Notes: generated by a model from the sequence alone, not told the origin. A stretch of 64,000 nucleotides of DNA from Eledone cirrhosa (GCA_964016885.1 OZ024743.1:183024001-183088000), one strand, 5' to 3'; shown: positions 11,949 through 25,697, numbered from the stretch's first letter. A program made the numbers and translations.

Positions 11949-13428
11949 CGGGGACGACGTTTCGGGCATAAGCCCTTCCTCAGGTGAGAAGTGTGTGGGA
12001 ACAGAGTTCAAAAGGTGTGTAGGGGAGTGGTGGAGAGACATATAGCGAAAGGAAACGGTGCGAATGAAAAATTAACAAATAAAGATAAAAAATGAAAATA
12101 AAGCATGATCAAAATACAAGGAATGAGAAAATTTAAAAATAAAGGCATGATCAAAATAAACTGAAATTAAAAGGGGGGTAAACAGGTGGTGGAAGGGTGT
12201 GGGGTGAGTAGGGGTGGTGGCGGGTGGAGTGGGGAGAGGGAGACGGGGTGTCCGAGCGGGGAGGGCTGAAGGTGGTGTGTGTGTGTAGGTGTGCGTGTGT
12301 GTGTGTGTGTGTGTATGTGAAAGTAAGGGTTGGGGGAAGAACGGGGTTGCATGTTCAGAAAGAGGTGTGTGTGTGGGGTGTTTTTGTGGGTCGGAGTGTC
12401 TGTGCGTGTGTGGATAGGGGGGTGGGGGGAGAGGAATCAGGAGGCTGAGGGTGTAAATATGTGGTGGGAAGCACGTGTGTGTGGGGTTTAAACGTCTTGT
12501 GGGTGTGGGTGGCGCGTGGAGAAAAAAAATGTTTTTGGGTGTGTGTGTGGGTGAGTTATATAGGTGATGACATAAGAGGATGGTTGAAAAGTTGGTAAGT
12601 TCCAAGGATGTTTGGAGGATTGGTTATAAGTCAATTTCTGCGTGTGGGTAATCCATGAAGCGGTGGTCGGAAGAGGAGAGATGTGGGGTGCGCGCACAAC
12701 AGGAAGTGGTCAGCAGTGGGAGTGCTGTGGTCTGTTGGTGCTGGGAGGTGGTCAGAAGGGCATAGCAGCAGTCGGTGGAATGGTAAGGGGGCGAGGATGG
12801 GTAGGTGTGAAAGTTGGAGTGAGGAGGGTGTGTGTGTGTGTGTATTAGTAGGGGTGTTAGTGGGATGAGTGAGTGTGGATCGGGGGTGTGGGTGGAGCGG
12901 GGAGAGAAGGGTGTGTGTGGTTCTATGGAGGGAGTGTGGTGTACTGGTGTGTGTGTAGTTTGGTGAAGAGGTGTTAGTGGGTGTTAGTATACGGGAGCTG
13001 GGGAGGGGTTGAATGCAGGTGTGAGTGGGGGTTAGTGGTGGTAGGGTGTGTAGAGTTGGTGGTGTACGAGGTTGTGTGGGTACGTGTGCGTGGGGTTGGG
13101 GGGTGTTAGTGATATTAGTTGCGTGTGGGGTGGGTGGTGTAAGTGGGTGCGTGTGTGCGTGTGATAAGGAGGGGAGGGGGAGAAGAGGGGAGGGAAGGGA
13201 TGTTAGTATGTTAGTTGGGGAAGGGTGGTCAGATGAGGGGTGGAGTGGAGGTGTTAGTACTGTTAGTGTGGGGTGGGCGGTCAAAAGGAGGGGTGTGTTA
13301 GTGGTGTTAGTGGGGGATAAGTGTGGGGGGAGGGGGTGCGGTCGAACGCTAAAGGAATAAGGGTGGGGAGTTCACTCCGGGGGGAGTGTGGGTCTGTAAA
13401 ATGAAGATAGTTCGTTGTTCGACCGTAA
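11949..13428 (-). mobile_element. Probable 3' end of a Penelope-like element: last codons, long C/A-rich UTR and hammerhead
   Basis: The minus-strand peptide [13 protein letters not shown] resembles the LN.R.E...CRH terminus. It shares gtgaactcccc at the stop with the element at 51.9 kb and has a hammerhead core at its distal end. Confidence 0.5.
11952..11990 (-). ncRNA. Minimal hammerhead motif
   Basis: The minus strand reads tcac CTGAGGA a gggc ttat gccc GAAA cg TC gt. Stem I is only 2 bp. Confidence 0.55.
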
Positions 13429-13487
13429 TACATACATATATATACATACATACACATACATATATATACATACATACATATATATAC

Positions 13488-13526
<39 letters not shown>

Positions 13527-13607
13527 CATATATATACATACATACATATATATACATACATACATATATACATACATATATACATACATACATATATACA
13601 TACATAC

Positions 13608-13640
<33 letters not shown>

Positions 13641-13694
13641 CATGCATACATATATACATACATACAAATATACATACATATATATATACATACA

Positions 13695-16600
13695 AACTTC
13701 CACTGAAGAACAGCGAGAAAGGTCAGCTGACTCTAGTAGTAATTGTCACCACATCAACAACGAGGCGGAAATTCATGACTCTACTGAACAAACAGAGCAC
13801 CAAAAACTTGTGGGCACCCTACAAGTGATATGGAGCAATATGTTTCAAGAGATACACAGCCTTAATGTGAGTGACAGACCATACAACACTAGAGTCAGTA
13901 AAGAACCCACTAAATTGGAATTGGAAGCGGTGAACGAAATAGCTGGCAATTATCTGAAGGCTATACGATCTAAAGGTGTAGAAACGACATTTGAAACGCT
14001 CAATGTTTTGTTATATGTTTCAGCTGTCACATTGCTATCATATAACACACATCTAAAACCACGCACTCAAGATACAAACAGAAAGCCTGAACCAGCGTGG
14101 ATGCGAAATTTAAAAACCAAAATTTTGTCCCTGAGACGAAGTATCTCACACATCGCAGTCGTTATGAAATGCAACATAGAGAGAAACTTCACACGACACC
14201 AGGAAGACCTAAAGAAAAAGTTAGAGAGACGATTTGGAGATACCAAATTTAAAACTTTGAACTCCAAATTACACCAGTTGAAACAACAACTCACAGCTAC
14301 AACAGAAAGACTAAAATATAAGTCAACAGCCCATAAACGACAAGTGCTAAATAGATTGTTTGCCAGAGATCCTAAATCAGTTTATCGCAGCTTCGGTGGC
14401 AAAAGCTCAATCCCTGTAAACGACACCCCTTCAAAAGAACAGGTTGAGAACTACTGGAGATCTGTATGGGAAACGGATGACGGATTCAACAGACAAGCTA
14501 ATTGGCTAAAACAACTGGAACTGGAACAGGACTACTGCCAACATGTCCAGACAAAACAATATGACATAGATGGGTCAATACTGGAAACAGCTCTACAGAA
14601 AATGTTGAATAGGAAATCGCCAGGCCCAGACCTCATTACAGGATACTGGTTGAAGAATTTCACTTTCTATCGGCAAGATCTCATACGGCTGTTTACAGAA
14701 ACCATTAAGGGCACACAAGAACTGCCCAGATGGTTATCAACTGCCACTACTCTCCTCATTCCCAAGAATAGCCAAACCACCCTTGCTACAAATTACCGCC
14801 CAATTGCCTGCCAAAACATCATGTATAAATTATATACTGGGTGCCTTAACCTGTTCTTACAGGATCACTGTGCTACCAACAACATCATAACACCTGAGCA
14901 AGCTGGTGGAAAGAGAGAGGTGTGGGGTTGCATAGATCACCTACTAACTAACAAAATGATTCAGGAAAAAACAACAAAGAATCGCAGAAACTGTCGTGTG
15001 GCTGGACTATCAAAAAGCATTTGATAGTGTACCTCATGGGTGGATTATTAAGGCTTTACAGTTAGCTAAAGTCCCACAACCATTAGTAGCTGCTGTTGAA
15101 CGCCTGACCAAGAACTGGTACACCAATTTGATCCTTAGAGGTGAGAAGGAGCAGGTTAAGACTGATAGGATACATTACCAGAAGGGCATCTTTCAGGGTG
15201 ATAGCTTGTCAGTACTACTCTTCGTTCTCTCACTGAATCCACTATCTTACCTACTCAGGAAACAAGGTGGACAAAGAAGTGGGCCCAGAAGTATCTCCCA
15301 TCTTTTCTTTGTTGATGACCTGAAGTTGTATGGGCCAAATATCAATGACATCAAGAAACAATTGGACCTCATTACACAATTTTCAACTGACATCAAAATG
15401 AAATTTGGTGAGTCCAAGTGTGCATATTTGGCAGTAAAACGTGGAAGAGCTGTGCCCTCCTCTAGAAATCTAGATATGAACGGCCTGACAATACAACCTC
15501 TGCAGTCAGGTGACAACTACAGATATCTTGGACAGGATGAGAATGTCAGATATGATGGACCCATAAATAAGGAGAGAACCAGAACTGAATACCTCAGAAG
15601 AGTAAAAAAAATATGGTCATCAGAACTGTCAGCATACAACAAATACATTGCCCACAATACCTATGCTGTGCCAATTCTAACGCCAACATTTGGCCTACTG
15701 AACTGGTCATTGCAAGAACTAAGTGAGATGGATGTTAGAACTCGAAAACTTCTCAGTGTTACTGGGAACTTTAACATCAATGGTGATGTGGATAGGCTAT
15801 ACTTCTCACGCAAGGAAGGTGGCCGGGGTCTAAAATCAATATTAACAACATATGAGACCCGGATAGTAACACTGAAGCAACACCTTCAACAGAGGAAAAA
15901 GGTTGGCGACCATCTTGCTCAGGTTTATGAGCATGAAAAAAGAAATATCATTAGAATAGCGACTGATCTGGAGGAGAGATATGGAATAAAGCCTGATATA
16001 AATCTCTCACCCAGAGAAATCGGAAGATCCTATTCAATGTTCAAACAAGAAAAAAAAATTGACCAATTTACAGAGAAAGTTGTGCATGGATACTTGAGGC
16101 GTAAAACACAGACCATAGAGGGGATAAACCACTCAAAAAGCCTGGCATGGAGTTCCGACAAGTTTATGACATCACACCTTGAGGGATATCTCTATGCAAT
16201 ACAGGAACAAGAACTCCCTACCAAATATCTGCTGCACAAAAGAGGAGGGCCAGCAGCTGACAATAAATGTAGGCTATGTAAAACAAAGATCGAGGATGTA
16301 AGCCACATTGTTGCCAGCTGCGAAAGAATGTCATCTCGCTACTACCTCCCCATGAGACACGATGGGATAGCTAGAACTATCTGGAACGCACTTCGGAAAA
16401 CAAAATTAACAACAAACGAGGAAGAATATATTGAGACAGATGGCACTAAGGAATACTGGTGGAACCTGAAAATAAAAACTGCCATCAAATTAAAGCACAA
16501 CCGGCCTGATATTGTAGTTTGGGACCACACATTGAAAACGTGTTCTGTTGTGGAGATCAGCTGCCCACTTGATGTAAACGTTGTCAGAAAAATACAGGAG

Positions 16601-16921
16601 AAGGAGGACATCTACGGACCATTGATGAGGAGCTTACAAATCCAGTATCCAAGATACACCTTTAGCTTCATACCCATCATTATTGGTGCTACGGGTTATA
16701 TACCAACCCGCTTGGACCAAAGTATGACCGAACTTGGATTTGCGGACAAAAAGCGCAGCTCCCTAATTCATAGTCTACAAATGGCTGCGATAGCTGGCAC
16801 CTTCAAAATATGCAAAACATTCTTGCGATTCAAGGGATGACAATTTCTTTTCTTTTACAACCTTGCCACCAGGAAGGTGGCCGGTCAAAAAAATATACTC
16901 GAAATTAAGAGAAAGAGAAAA
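13695..16921 (+). mobile_element. R4/Dong-like non-LTR retrotransposon (RT, CCHC finger, restriction-like endonuclease); 5'-truncated, one frameshift near 15000
   Basis: Motifs [48 protein letters not shown]...HIVASC, RHD and RPDIVVWD...EISCP...K..EK...Y. (TA/TACA)n flanks both sides. Confidence 0.9.
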
Positions 16922-17056
16922 CATATATACATACATATATATATATATATATACACATATATATATATATATATATACACATATATATATATATATACAC
17001 ATATATATATATATATATACACATATATATATATATACACACATATATATATATAT

Positions 17057-17097
<41 letters not shown>

Positions 17098-17162
17098 TAT
17101 ATATATATATATACACATATATATATACACATATATATATATATATACACATATATATATAT

Positions 17163-17203
<41 letters not shown>

Positions 17204-17213
17204 TATATATATA
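16922..17213. repeat. (TA)n(CA) compound microsatellite
   Basis: Read directly from the sequence. Confidence 0.97.
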
Positions 17214-20200
17214 TAATCGCCAATTAATCAAAATCGCCAACTCGCTATTTCTGGGATGGCTGTTCCCTTCGGTTCCTTCGGTATAAAGTAACGTTCAAAT
17301 TTTTCTCGATTCTTCTCTCCATTCGAACCCATTCATTCAATCACTTCTATGTCCTAATTTCACACTATATCATATTTTCACCATTCTATATCATATCTTT
17401 TCTCTAAAAATCATATTTTCCCTATCACCGCATTTTCTCTATCGTATTTTCTTAAACAAAACAAATCTTGTATTTTCGTTTATTGTTAAATTATGCCCAA
17501 AATACGGCGATCTTATCTTAAACCTTACATTCTCGCTAACAACCCATCATCCCTCCCTCCCGCCCCCACGCACCACCATTATTACGTGGACCAATCATAA
17601 GTCAGAGGCCCATACTATCGCTTAACTGGTTGCTTTTCGATATGATGGATGGAATACGGAATTCTGGAGAGTTGAAGAGAGAAAAATGTGGACGCTCAGC
17701 GACAATGCCAAAGATAAAGCCAAATTCACCTCGTGGACGAGAATGCAAGCACTCCTCCTTGTTTCGGCCCAGGATGGCTAACATAACCCCATCCCCCCCG
17801 CGCCCCACCGCTCCCACCCTCCAAACGCAATCCAAAACTTCAGAGTTGGTACCATGAATGTAGGCACCTTAAAGGGTCGCTCTAACGAGGTTGTAGAAAT
17901 GCTTGAACGTAAGGAGGTCGATGTTTGTTGTATTCAAGAGACCAGGTGGAGGGGAGGGTCGGCTAGATTCATCGTGGATAAAGAACGATGCTATAAGCTT
18001 TTCTGGGTGGGAAATGACAATGGGTTGGGTGGGGTAGGAATCATGGTAGCAGAAAAGTGGGCAGATAAGATAATAGACGTAAATAGAGTGAACGACAGAA
18101 TAATTAAAATAAGACTTGTCCTCAATAAAACTACGGTGACAGTAATATCTGCGTACGCACCCCAATCCGGACTGCCCGGCGCTATAAAAGACAGATTCTA
18201 CGAGACACTGATGCTCGCTACCTCCCAAATAACCGACAGTGACTATATAGTTATTGCAGGCGACCTAAATGGTCACGTTGGACAACATTGTGACGGCTAT
18301 GACGGAATCCATGGAGGCTATGGGTTCGGTACTAGAAATGAGGAAGGCTCCAGAATCCTGGAATTCTGCGACGCAAATAACTTAACTATCTGTAACACTA
18401 ACTTCAAAAAACGAGACAATCACTTGATCACCTATAGATCGGGGGAACACACAAGCCAGGTAGATTATATCCTTACCAGAAGACGTGACAGAGTGTCTGT
18501 TGTTAACACTAAATCCCACCCCCATGAAGAATTCACCTCCCAACATAGACTGATAATTAGCGACCTCATAGTCAGGACGAGACGTACTAGACAGCGGAAG
18601 AGGACTATCCTCAGGAGAAAAATATGGAAGCTAAAGGACCCCATAGCCAGAAATAAATTTCAAAGCATATTACTTGACGCTTTCGACAGTAAGGAAGAGC
18701 AATTAGAGTCGTATAATATAGAGGAACAGTGGGAATTCCTGAGAGCAAACCTGCTGACGGCGGCAGACGAAGTCTGTGGCTGGAGCAGGCCTGTACGTAG
18801 GAGGAGAGTAACATGGTGGTGGAACAGTAAGGTGGAGGAGTCAATTAAGGCCAAAAAGCAGGCTTGGAAAGTATGGCGGGATGGGGGAAGTAGAGAATAC
18901 TATCAAGTGGCCAGGAGGGAAGCTAGGAGACAAGTGTACTTCGCAAGAAGGGAAGCAGAGGAAAGAAAGTTCAAGCATGTTCTACAACGTGAGGACCAAA
19001 AGCGTGAGGTGTTCAGGATTGCCAGGCAATGTGTCAAGGAAAACCGTGATATTGTCGGGGAGAAGTGTGTACTTAACGATGATGGCATACTTGCCATCAC
19101 CGACGCTGATAAGAAGGTAGCTTGGAAGTGTCACTACGAAAGGCTTCTAAATGAGGAGAACAAATGGGAGAAAGACAGTCTCCCCCAGATCGATCCAATA
19201 GAGGGACCAGCAGTGTTAGTTGAAGGTAGTATAATAAATAAGGCAATCAAAGATATGAAGACGGGTAAGGCGGCTGGGCCTTCGGAAATAGTTGCTGAGA
19301 TGCTGAAGGCATCTGGTTCGGTGGGACACACCATGGTCACCCGGATAGTTAACCAAGTCGTACAGAATGGGGTTGTTCCGAAGGAATGGCGTAGCAGCAT
19401 CATCGTTAACTGCTATAAGGGAAAAGGAGATGCCCTAGATAGGAGTAACTATAGAGGCATTAAATTAATCGATCAGGTCATGAAGGTCACGGAAAAAGTA
19501 ATAGCGCAACTAATCAGAGAGAGAATTGATCTAGATGAAATGCAGTTCGAATTTGTGTCAGGCAAAAGTACCACAGACGCTCTTTTCATTGTACGACAAC
19601 TACAGGAGAAGTACCTAGCTAAAAGTAAACCCCTATTCTTAGCTTTCGTCGACTTGGAGAAAGCCTTCGACAGAGTCCCCCGTTCCATTATCTGGTGGTC
19701 TCTTAGAAAACTAGGTGTTGACGAATGGCTTGTGAGAGCTATACAAGCCATGTATAAAGAAACAGTCAGTAAGGTTAGAATTAACAACGAATATAGTGAA
19801 GAGTTTAGCGTAAAAGTTGGTGTCCATCAGGGCTCTGTTCTTAGCCCCCTACTATTTATTATTGCCCTTCAGGCTATAACAGAGGAGTTCAAGACCGGCT
19901 GCCCATGGGAACTCCTATACGCAGATGATCTAACGCTCATAGCTGAATCAATGGCCGAGCTAGAGAAGAAATTCCAAACATGGAAGCACGGCCTAGAATC
20001 AAAAGGCCTTAAAATTAACCTGGCTAAGACTAAAGTTCTAGTTTGTAGGAAAGAAAATAAGGCGGCGGTCCCATCTGGGAAATGGCCATGCTCAGTGTGT
20101 AGGAAAGGCGTAGGTAGAAACTCCATTTTATGTCCCAAATGCAAAGTATGGGTGCATAAAAGATGTAGTGGGATCACAGGTAAGCTAACTAAGAACATAG

Positions 20201-21375
20201 ATTTTACATGTGGCCGGTGCTCTGGTGCAATAAGTAGCAGCAAGTGCCCACAAAATACTAGCTCCTTCAACTGCGCAGAGGGTTCTATAGAAATAGTGGA
20301 CAGCTTCCGTTATCTGGGTGACAAAATCAGTAGTGGGGGAGGGTGCTCTGAAAGTACAGTAGCTAGAGTCAGAACTGGATGGAAAAAGTTCAGAGAGCTT
20401 ATACCACTATTAGCCGCTAGAGGGTTCTCCCTAAAAATGAAAGGCAGGTTATACGATGCCTGCATACGAAAAGCAATGCTGCATGGCAGTGAGACCTGGG
20501 CATTGTGTGCAGAGGATATACGCAGACTAGAGAGGAACGAAGCTTGCATGCTCCGCTGGATGTGCAATAGTAATATACGTCAATGGCAAAGCATAAACGA
20601 ACTAAGGAAAAAATTAGAAATAAGAGGGATCAGATGTTGTTCGAGAGAAGGCTACGTTGGTACGGTCACGTGATGCGCATGAAAGACGACAGCTGTATAA
20701 CAAAGTGCAGGGCAATAAAGATAGACGGTAGCCACGGAGTAGGCAGACCCAGAAAAACATGGGACGAGCTGATAAATTCCGACCTCACACGCTTACACCT
20801 CTCCAAGACAATGTCACTGGACCGAGACCTTTGGCGGTACTCAGTAATAGAGAAGACCCGCCTTACCTAAATACAAAGTAAAAACCTACTACAGTCAGTA
20901 GGCATCTCTATCAAAACACACCCCCGTCCCACCACCTCCACCCCACCCACACCACCCCTTTCAATGTAAAGTTATGTTGGTCCCACAACATCCAGGCCGA
21001 AACAAATGAGATCGTGTAGGTGTCACGACAAAAAACACACAGTCCACGCTGTAAATGTGGCCGTGTAGGCAACACGGTAAAAACCTCCCAGCCCCACACT
21101 GTAAATGTGGTTGGTGTTAGGAAGGGCATCCAGCTGTAGAAAACCCGCCAGACAGTCCACGCTGTAATGTGGCCGTGTAGGCAACACGGTAAAAACCTCC
21201 CAGCCCCACACTGTAAATGTGGTTGGTGTTAGGAAGGGCATCCAACTGTAGAAAACCCGCCAGACAGTCCTATGCGAGCAAGACAACCACTCTTGCCTCA
21301 AGTGGGAAAACCCCCGTCCAAACCCATGCAAGCGTGGAACACGGACGCTAAACCTGATGATGATGATGATGATGA
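17214..21375 (+). mobile_element. Near full-length RTE family A LINE (5' UTR, APE endonuclease, RT with PHD insertion, 3' UTR, (GAT)n tail)
   Basis: The 5' UTR is homologous to 48240-48496 and 33870-34300. It has a single long ORF and the 3' UTR shared with the other copies. Confidence 0.96.
17854..20870 (+). pseudogene. RTE APE-RT polyprotein; 939 aa open, then a 4-nt deletion near 20640 shifts the C-terminus
   Basis: APE motifs NVGTL, IQETRW, SAYAPQ, AGDLNGHVG, QVDYIL and SQHRL, plus RT YADD. This copy reads tgttgttcgag where sister copies read tgttgtttactcgag. Confidence 0.92.
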
Positions 21376-21411
21376 CACATACATACATACATACATATAT
21401 ACATACATACA

Positions 21412-24400
21412 TGATGACGGCCCCCTCGTTATCGAGTATGGCCATTGCACGAGGAGAAAAAAAAAAATTAATAAATAAATAAAAAATAAAATAAAAATAA
21501 AAAAAGAAATATATAAATATACATACACACATACACACACACATACATTAATAACAATAATAATAATAATAATAACAACAATAATAATAACGACAACAAT
21601 AATAATATACATATACATATATAAATACACATACACGCACACACATAAGCATATCTATACACACACACACACACACACGATAGCAACTAACAGCGCTGCG
21701 ATCGAATGTGGCTTTTTAGTCCAGCCAATGATCTAAAATGTCTTGCTCAGAGTTGGCAACCAAAACATTCACTGGGAATAGTCGGCTGTGGTTGGAGGCC
21801 GTGTACTTTTGCATGTCGCTTGAGCCCTCCTGCTGATTTACATTCTTTACCACATGTTTGGCAAGCATGATGAGTAGCATCTCCAACAGCAGCCTGGTAG
21901 TCAACCACTGGTCTTACTTTATGACTGGTAAGATGACTTTCGAGTCCAGCTTTGCTTAGGCAGAGTCTCGCACAGATGCTGCATGTCAGCACCATAGGAG
22001 GACCTCGCCGTCTGGAAGTGCAACAGCAATGCCCTTCCTCACATCCCGCTTTACTTTCTCGTATGTGATTCGAGATGCCTCAAAGGCAACTTTTCCCTCA
22101 TATACACTCTTTCTCCATTTATTACGATCAGCAGCAACATTTTCCCATGTATCAGCAGAGATGTTAGCGTCTTTCAGAGAGGCTTTCAAGGAATCCTTAT
22201 ACCTCTTTTTTGATTTGTGGCGGTCGTTTTCCTTTAACCAACTCTCCATAAAAGCGTTGTTTTGGTATTCTAGAATCCTTCATCCTGGCAAGGTGACCAC
22301 TCCAACGGAGTCATTGCTTAAGCACAAGAGCTTCTATACTGTCACACATAGAGCTTTCCAAAATCTCGATATCACTGATGTGGTCCCTTCAGTGAACGCC
22401 ATGGATCCGTCTAAGACACATCTGATGGAAACGCTCCAATTGCTTAAGGTGGTGTCGATATGTGACCCAGGTCTTGCAGGCATAAAGAAGACAAGAGAGC
22501 ACACATGCCCTGTACACCTTTACCTTTGTCCTCCTGCATATGTCTCGCCGACCCCAGAGTCGCCTTTCTAGCTTTCCGAAAGCATCACTTGCTTTCCTAA
22601 TCCTAAGTGAGATTTCACTGTCAAGGTTGCTGTATCGATTGACAGTGCTTCCCAGGTAGACAAACTGATCAACCACTCCAAGTCGTTTGCCATACACATA
22701 GATGTTTGGTTCAGTGTACTGCTTACTAGGGGCAGGTTGGTACATGATGACGGTTTTCTTGAGATTGACAGTCAAACCCAGGGCAGTGCAAGCATCAGAA
22801 AATGCATTCAAAATGTGCTGCATATCACTCTATGTGTGCGCTACAAGATCGCAATCATCTGCATACAAGAGGTCTCTTATGATTGATGTAAATACTTTTG
22901 TCTTCACAGCAAAGCGCCTGATGTTAAATATGCTGCCTGAGGTTCGATATCGGATGTAAACACCATGCTCGCAATTCCTGAATGCAATACAGAAAACCAT
23001 TGCAAAGTATATGGAAACAGGGTCGGTGCTGGAATATCCCCCTGTTTCACTCCATTTTTTACTGAGATAGGCTCCGACATTAACCCAAGCCTTCATGTCG
23101 TCATGGAAAGACCTAACTAAAGCAAGGAATTTATCAGGGCAACCAAGTTTCTGAAGAACCTTCCATAATGCATCTCTGTTAACAGTATCGAAAGCTTTTG
23201 TCAGATCGACAAAAACCTGATACAGATCCAAGCCTTGTTCCATGCACTTCTCCTGGAGCTGTCTAGCTGAGAAGATCATATCAGTAGTGCCGCGTCCAGC
23301 ACGAAAACCAGATTGACTTTCAGGAAGAACACAATCTGCAATGTGCGCCAGCAGACGGTCCAGAAGCGCCCTACATAAAACTTTCCATACGACAGAAAGC
23401 AATGATATACCTCTGTAGTTCCCACAATCATTCCTGTTACCCTTTCCCTTGTACAAGACCACCATTACTGCATCTCTCCAGTCCTCAGGTACGGATTCAT
23501 TAGCCCATATCCTGCCAAACAAAGAGTGAAGATGTTGCAGGAGTCTCTCACCACCATATTGTAGGAGCTCAGCATGTATGCCATCCATACCTGGAGCTCT
23601 TCCACTGTTCAGCTTCGAAATAGCCACTGCAACCTCCACAAGCATCGGAGGTTCTGCGAGAGCTGCTTTCACAGGACTTTCTGGAATGAGATTGAGGAAA
23701 TCTTCACTGACGACAGACGGCTGATTCAAAACATCATCAAAGTGCTCTCGCCACCTTCGTAGAATTCCTTGTGAGTCACGAAGAAGTTCTTTGCCATCCC
23801 TGCTGCGAAGCGGTGTCACCAGAGAAGAAGACGGTCCATAAACCTCACGCAAGAGACTGTACAACAGCTTTGTGTTATTGGAATCAGACGCAGTTTGTAT
23901 CTCACCAGCCTTCTCACTCCACCACTGATCCTTCATCTGAGAAAGACTCTGCCTAACACGTGATTTTACATCTCTGAGTTCCTCATGCAACGTATTTCTC
24001 TCCTGTGGTTTTGCCATCAAGTAGCATGACAGAGCACGCCTCTTATCAGCCAACAAGTCTTCTATATGTACATCATTCTCATTAAACCAGTCCTGATGTT
24101 TTCTCTGCACCAATCCCAGAACACGCCTGCCTATATCATAAACCGACTTTTTAAGGGTCGGCCAATCCTCACCAAGATCTGCAGCCTGCATCTCTTCTTC
24201 CTATGTCCTCTTCACATTTTTATCCTTAAGACGAGCAGCAATCTTTTGGGCAGGGCAACACCAGGAGCCCGGATTTTACGTTTAGTGATTAGTTTCACTT
24301 TTGCGCGTACCAGGCGATGGTCTGTCCAGCACTCAGCTCCACGAAGAGCACGAACACACTGCACATCCTGTCTGTCACGCATCCTGACTAGGACGTAGTC

Positions 24401-25560
24401 CAAAATATGCCATTCCTTAGATGCAGGATGCATCCATATGGTCTTGAATTTGTTCTTTTGTTGGAACATGGTGTTGGTAACACACAGATCCAGCTCTTCA
24501 CACATCTGCAGCAGGAGCATACCATTGTTGTTACACTTTCCCACCCCATGCCTTCCAATTACATTCCATGTGTTAAAATCCCTACCCACTCTAGCATTAA
24601 AGTCACCAAGCACGATGACTTTGTCTGCCTGAGGGATATTTCTTAAAACACCTTTCAAGGCATGGTAAAAGGACACTTTTTCTTCATCGACAGAATTCAT
24701 AGTTGGAGCATACACACTCACTAGGGTAGCATATCTTCCTTTGTCCAGCGGAACTCTCATGGACATAAGACGCTCACTAATCCCTACTGGGAATTCTTCT
24801 AATTTATTCACAAGTACAGTCTTAACAGCAAATCCTACCCCAGCCTCTCTTCTGGTTCCTTCATCTCTTCCTTTCCAGAAGAATGTATATTCTCGACAAA
24901 ATTCTGTAAGATGACCATCTCCAGCTAACCTCGTCTCAGATAAAGCCACGATGTCAAGATCGTAACGTTGAAGCTCCTTTGCAACAAGAGCGGTCCTTCG
25001 TTCAGGACGCTCCAAGGAATCCCTGTCAAGCAGCGTCCGTACGTTCCAGCAGCCAAGACTAAATGCCTTGTTTGGCTCTATTACAATGGCACGATGATGA
25101 GCGGGCCCAGGCTGTGATAACCTGGGGCCCCTGCCCTTATTGCCAATTATCTTTTTTGTTCCAGAACCTAAATTGCCAATTATCTCTCTTATATTGTTCT
25201 GGAACATCATTGAATTGGAAAAAAAAAAAAAAAAAGTAATAATAATAGTAATAATAATAATAATAATAGTACACTATTAATAATTATTAATGCACTCGTG
25301 CAATGCCTGTGTGTGACGAATATTTTTAAAGTGAGGAAAGACTGTGCACTGAGCCAATCCCACTCTCTAAGCGACAGTAGCTATAACCCGAAAAGAAGAA
25401 AAGATCAACATCATCGGTAACTACTGAGCCGCAGGTTTTATGTCGGAGTTAACCCAGTTTCCTGAGATGCCTTCTCCTAGAAGAATGCCCTGACAAGGGC
25501 TAGGGGTTCTTCACTCCCAGTGGTTTAACTGCGCAATCGGGCATCCAGCCTGATTATTTA
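21412..25560 (-). mobile_element. Near full-length RTE (BovB-like) LINE with three C-terminal C2H2 fingers; several frameshifts
   Basis: APE motifs GCWNVRTL, LSETRL, LGDFNARVG and TDHRLV; RT motifs FVDLTKAFDTV, LLYADD and FVYLGS. The 3' stem-loop ggccatactcgataacgagggggccgtcatcat is shared with 41685-41720. 25250-25560 is read as 5' UTR. Confidence 0.92.
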
Positions 25561-25697
25561 TATGTCCCCACTTATTGACACTTATGCGTACGACATACAC
25601 ACACGCGCATACATATGCGCGCGCACACACACTCATACATACGCACGCACACAGCAACACTCATACATACAAACAAACACACACACGCTACTCACTT

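Noticed and set aside
25250-25560. HDV-like ribozyme in the RTE 5' UTR
   Set aside because: Plausible for RTE elements, but I could not build the nested double pseudoknot by eye.
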